This document shows positions 61,895 through 64,000 of a stretch of 64,000 bases of DNA, piece by piece. Position 1 is the stretch's first letter. Every line of letters starts with the position of its first letter. The position numbers and the translations under genes were made by a program. The notes below the pieces were generated by a model. It was not told the origin of the DNA. It did no database searches and saw only the letters and a program-made list of their open reading frames with translations. The stretch is from an uncultured Alphaproteobacteria bacterium (lineage in GTDB: Bacteria; Pseudomonadota; Alphaproteobacteria; HIMB59), in NCBI GenBank assembly GCA_902610415.1, contig CACLVL010000001.1, positions 21,530 to 85,529 of the forward strand, written 5' to 3'.

Positions 61895-63010
61895 TTATTT
61901 AATTAGTATCTTTCCAGCTGAGCAAATCATCGTAGCTTTGATAATTTCATCACTTTTGTTAATCATAGATTTTTTCTTATCTTCAAAATTCATTAATTTT
62001 AAGAAGTTGGAAATATTTTTGGAAAAAAGGCTTGAGGCATTGTTTGCAACTCTTCCAGGTACATTGGCATGACCAACAATTTTAAGACCGTTCTTTGATA
62101 CTACTTTTCCTACCTGACTAAATTCACAGTTACCACCGGATTCAACAGCTAAATCAACGATAACTGAACCGTTCTGCATATTTTCCAACATTTCTTTTTT
62201 TAAAATTAAAGGTGCTTTTCTTCCAGGTATTTGAGCGGTGCAAATAACTATATCCATAGTTTTTAAAGTTTCAGCTAGTAATGCTTCTTGTTTTTTTTGG
62301 TACTCTGCACTCATTTCTTTTGCATAACCACCTTTTGTTTCAGCATTCTTGGATTCTTCATCTTCAACCATAACAAACTTACCACCAAGACTCTCAACCT
62401 GTTCCTTGGACGCAATTCTAACATCAGTTGCATAAACAATTGCTCCTAAACGTTTTGCAGTAGCTATTGCTTGCAGCCCTGCAACTCCGGCACCTATAAC
62501 TAAGACATTTGCAGGGGTAACTTTTCCAGCAGCTGTCATGAATAAAGGGAGGACTCTGTTAAACTCTTGTGCAGCATCAATAACTGCATGATATCCAGCT
62601 AGGTTTGCCTGGGAAGATAATATATCCATATCTTGAGCACGCGTAATTCTTGGAACTAACTCCAAGGCAAATGCTGATACTTTTCTAGAATTTAAAATTT
62701 TAATACTATCTTGATTATTTTGTGTACTAATTTGAGATACAACCATTGACTTATTATTAATAAGTCTAGACTCGTCTGGTGTGGGGCAATTAATTTTGAT
62801 AATTATATCTGATGTTTTTAGAATATCTTTTGAGTTTGAAATAGTAGCGCCAGCTTCTTTATATGATTTATCAGTAAAACCAGATAAACTACCTGCTCCC
62901 CTTTCAATAAGAACTTGATGTCCAGACTTTAAATAAGATTTTACGTCATCTGGACTTACTGCTACTCTATTTTCAAACTTCTTTTTTTCTTTAAGTGTTC
63001 CAATGATCAT
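61895..63010 (-). CDS. pntAA: NAD(P) transhydrogenase alpha subunit, soluble part
   Basis: [34 protein letters not shown]. Confidence 0.95.
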   Translation of the reverse strand: MIIGTLKEKKKFENRVAVSPDDVKSYLKSGHQVLIERGAGSLSGFTDKSYKEAGATISNSKDILKTSDIIIKINCPTPDESRLINNKSMVVSQISTQNNQDSIKILNSRKVSAFALELVPRITRAQDMDILSSQANLAGYHAVIDAAQEFNRVLPLFMTAAGKVTPANVLVIGAGVAGLQAIATAKRLGAIVYATDVRIASKEQVESLGGKFVMVEDEESKNAETKGGYAKEMSAEYQKKQEALLAETLKTMDIVICTAQIPGRKAPLILKKEMLENMQNGSVIVDLAVESGGNCEFSQVGKVVSKNGLKIVGHANVPGRVANNASSLFSKNISNFLKLMNFEDKKKSMINKSDEIIKATMICSAGKILIK

Positions 63011-63136
63011 TTATAGATTACCTAACTAAGGGATATCTGTTTATCAATTATATATTTAAAAGTCACCAATTTTAAGATTGTTACAATTAAGATATTGTAT
63101 TTATTATAGAAACCTTGTTTTTCAATACTTTTCATC

Positions 63137-63220
63137 CTAAATTAAAAAATTGTTCTCCATGAGTAAACCTAGACCTATACCAACACATAGAGCTAAAATA
63201 ATTTTTAAATTTCTATTCAT
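63137..63220 (-). CDS. Possible 27-aa hydrophobic peptide
   Basis: MNRNLKIILALCVGIGLGLLMENNFLI read by hand in a 240-bp gap; may be a remnant or chance ORF. Confidence 0.3.
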   Translation of the reverse strand: MNRNLKIILALCVGIGLGLLMENNFLI

Positions 63221-63250
63221 TAAGAAGACTTTACCCAAGTATCATTAGAA

Positions 63251-64000
63251 TTATTTATTTTTTTTCTTAAAAAATCTTTGTTTAAGGTTTTCCCATAATC
63301 GGGCCATACCCAAGGGTTCGTAAATCATAAATACAATCATCAGAACACCAAAAACAACTTGTTCTAAGGCTGAAATAATTGTTGCATCTATAGCTCCATG
63401 AAAAACATTATTGCCTAAATAGTTTAGTAAAACTGGGAATAATAAAATAAAACCAGCACCGATAAATGCTCCGTTAATTGTACCTAAACCACCTAGAATA
63501 CACATAAATAAAATCTTAAATGATAATTTAATATCAAATGCTACAGGCTCTAGTGATTTTAAATATGTAAATGCAAAAAGTGCTCCTGCTACACCACAAA
63601 AAAAGGAACTTATTGCAAATGCTTGAATTTTAGTTTTTAAAAGAGATACACCCATTGACTCAGCTGCTACATCCATATCTCTAACTGCCATCCAATTTCT
63701 TCCAGTGCTTCCCCTAGCCATATTTATTGCAAGTATGGTCATGACAGTGACAACAACCAAGATAACAAGATACATATCAACTGGTGAGGTATAAGGTCTT
63801 CCAAAAATCACAATATCTTGGGCCGTAATAATGCCAGATGAGTCATAGTTTTTAAACCAGCCAAACTTATCTATCACCCAAATAATAAAAAATTGTGATG
63901 CTAGTGTTGCAACCATTAAGTAAATGCCCCTAATTCTTAAACTTGGCAGTCCAAAAACAATACCAATAGCAGCTGCAATTAAGCCAGAAATAATTAAGGC
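63251..64000 (-). CDS. Branched-chain amino acid ABC permease (LivM-like), 5' end outside window
   Basis: Frame is open to the window edge (LPSLRIRGIYLMVATLA); GR.W.AVRD..AAESMG, LGGLG. Confidence 0.88.
   Translation of the reverse strand, partial: ALIISGLIAAAIGIVFGLPSLRIRGIYLMVATLASQFFIIWVIDKFGWFKNYDSSGIITAQDIVIFGRPYTSPVDMYLVILVVVTVMTILAINMARGSTGRNWMAVRDMDVAAESMGVSLLKTKIQAFAISSFFCGVAGALFAFTYLKSLEPVAFDIKLSFKILFMCILGGLGTINGAFIGAGFILLFPVLLNYLGNNVFHGAIDATIISALEQVVFGVLMIVFMIYEPLGMARLWENLKQRFFKKKNK

Overview
This is a very AT-rich, extremely compact chromosomal window from a genome-streamlined alphaproteobacterium. The two-piece tmRNA, split pntAA/pntAB, COQ9-like gene divergent from rpsU and gene order support that assignment; a marine HIMB59/SAR11-like lineage is my inference. 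About 1-30 kb is housekeeping: a homodimeric-type GlyRS, ispB, panB/apt, a ~15 kb hflKC-degP-miaA-ilvBNC-leuA-mreBCD-mrdA-rodA run, thyX, ssrA, tRNA-Phe, rng-infA-hisD-hisG-murA and clpB. About 30-50 kb is accessory, and 50-64 kb is metabolic genes ending in pnt and an ABC permease. Top observations: (1) an intact tRNA-Thr(GGT) is bracketed by its own 5' half upstream and a decayed 3' half downstream, all three sharing the TTGGTAA anticodon loop, which defines two back-to-back islands with no integrase. (2) Four secreted cargo proteins in these islands share a PxL[SA]WG(LTFxxG) N-terminal leader. (3) An unannotated 26-aa peptide with 9 Cys (metallothionein-like) sits behind a perfect 18-bp palindrome. 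(4) A ~105-nt GC-rich candidate ncRNA with internal repeats and its own promoter lies at ~49.9 kb. No CRISPR array, transposase or integrase was seen. All calls come from reading the sequence; no searches were run.
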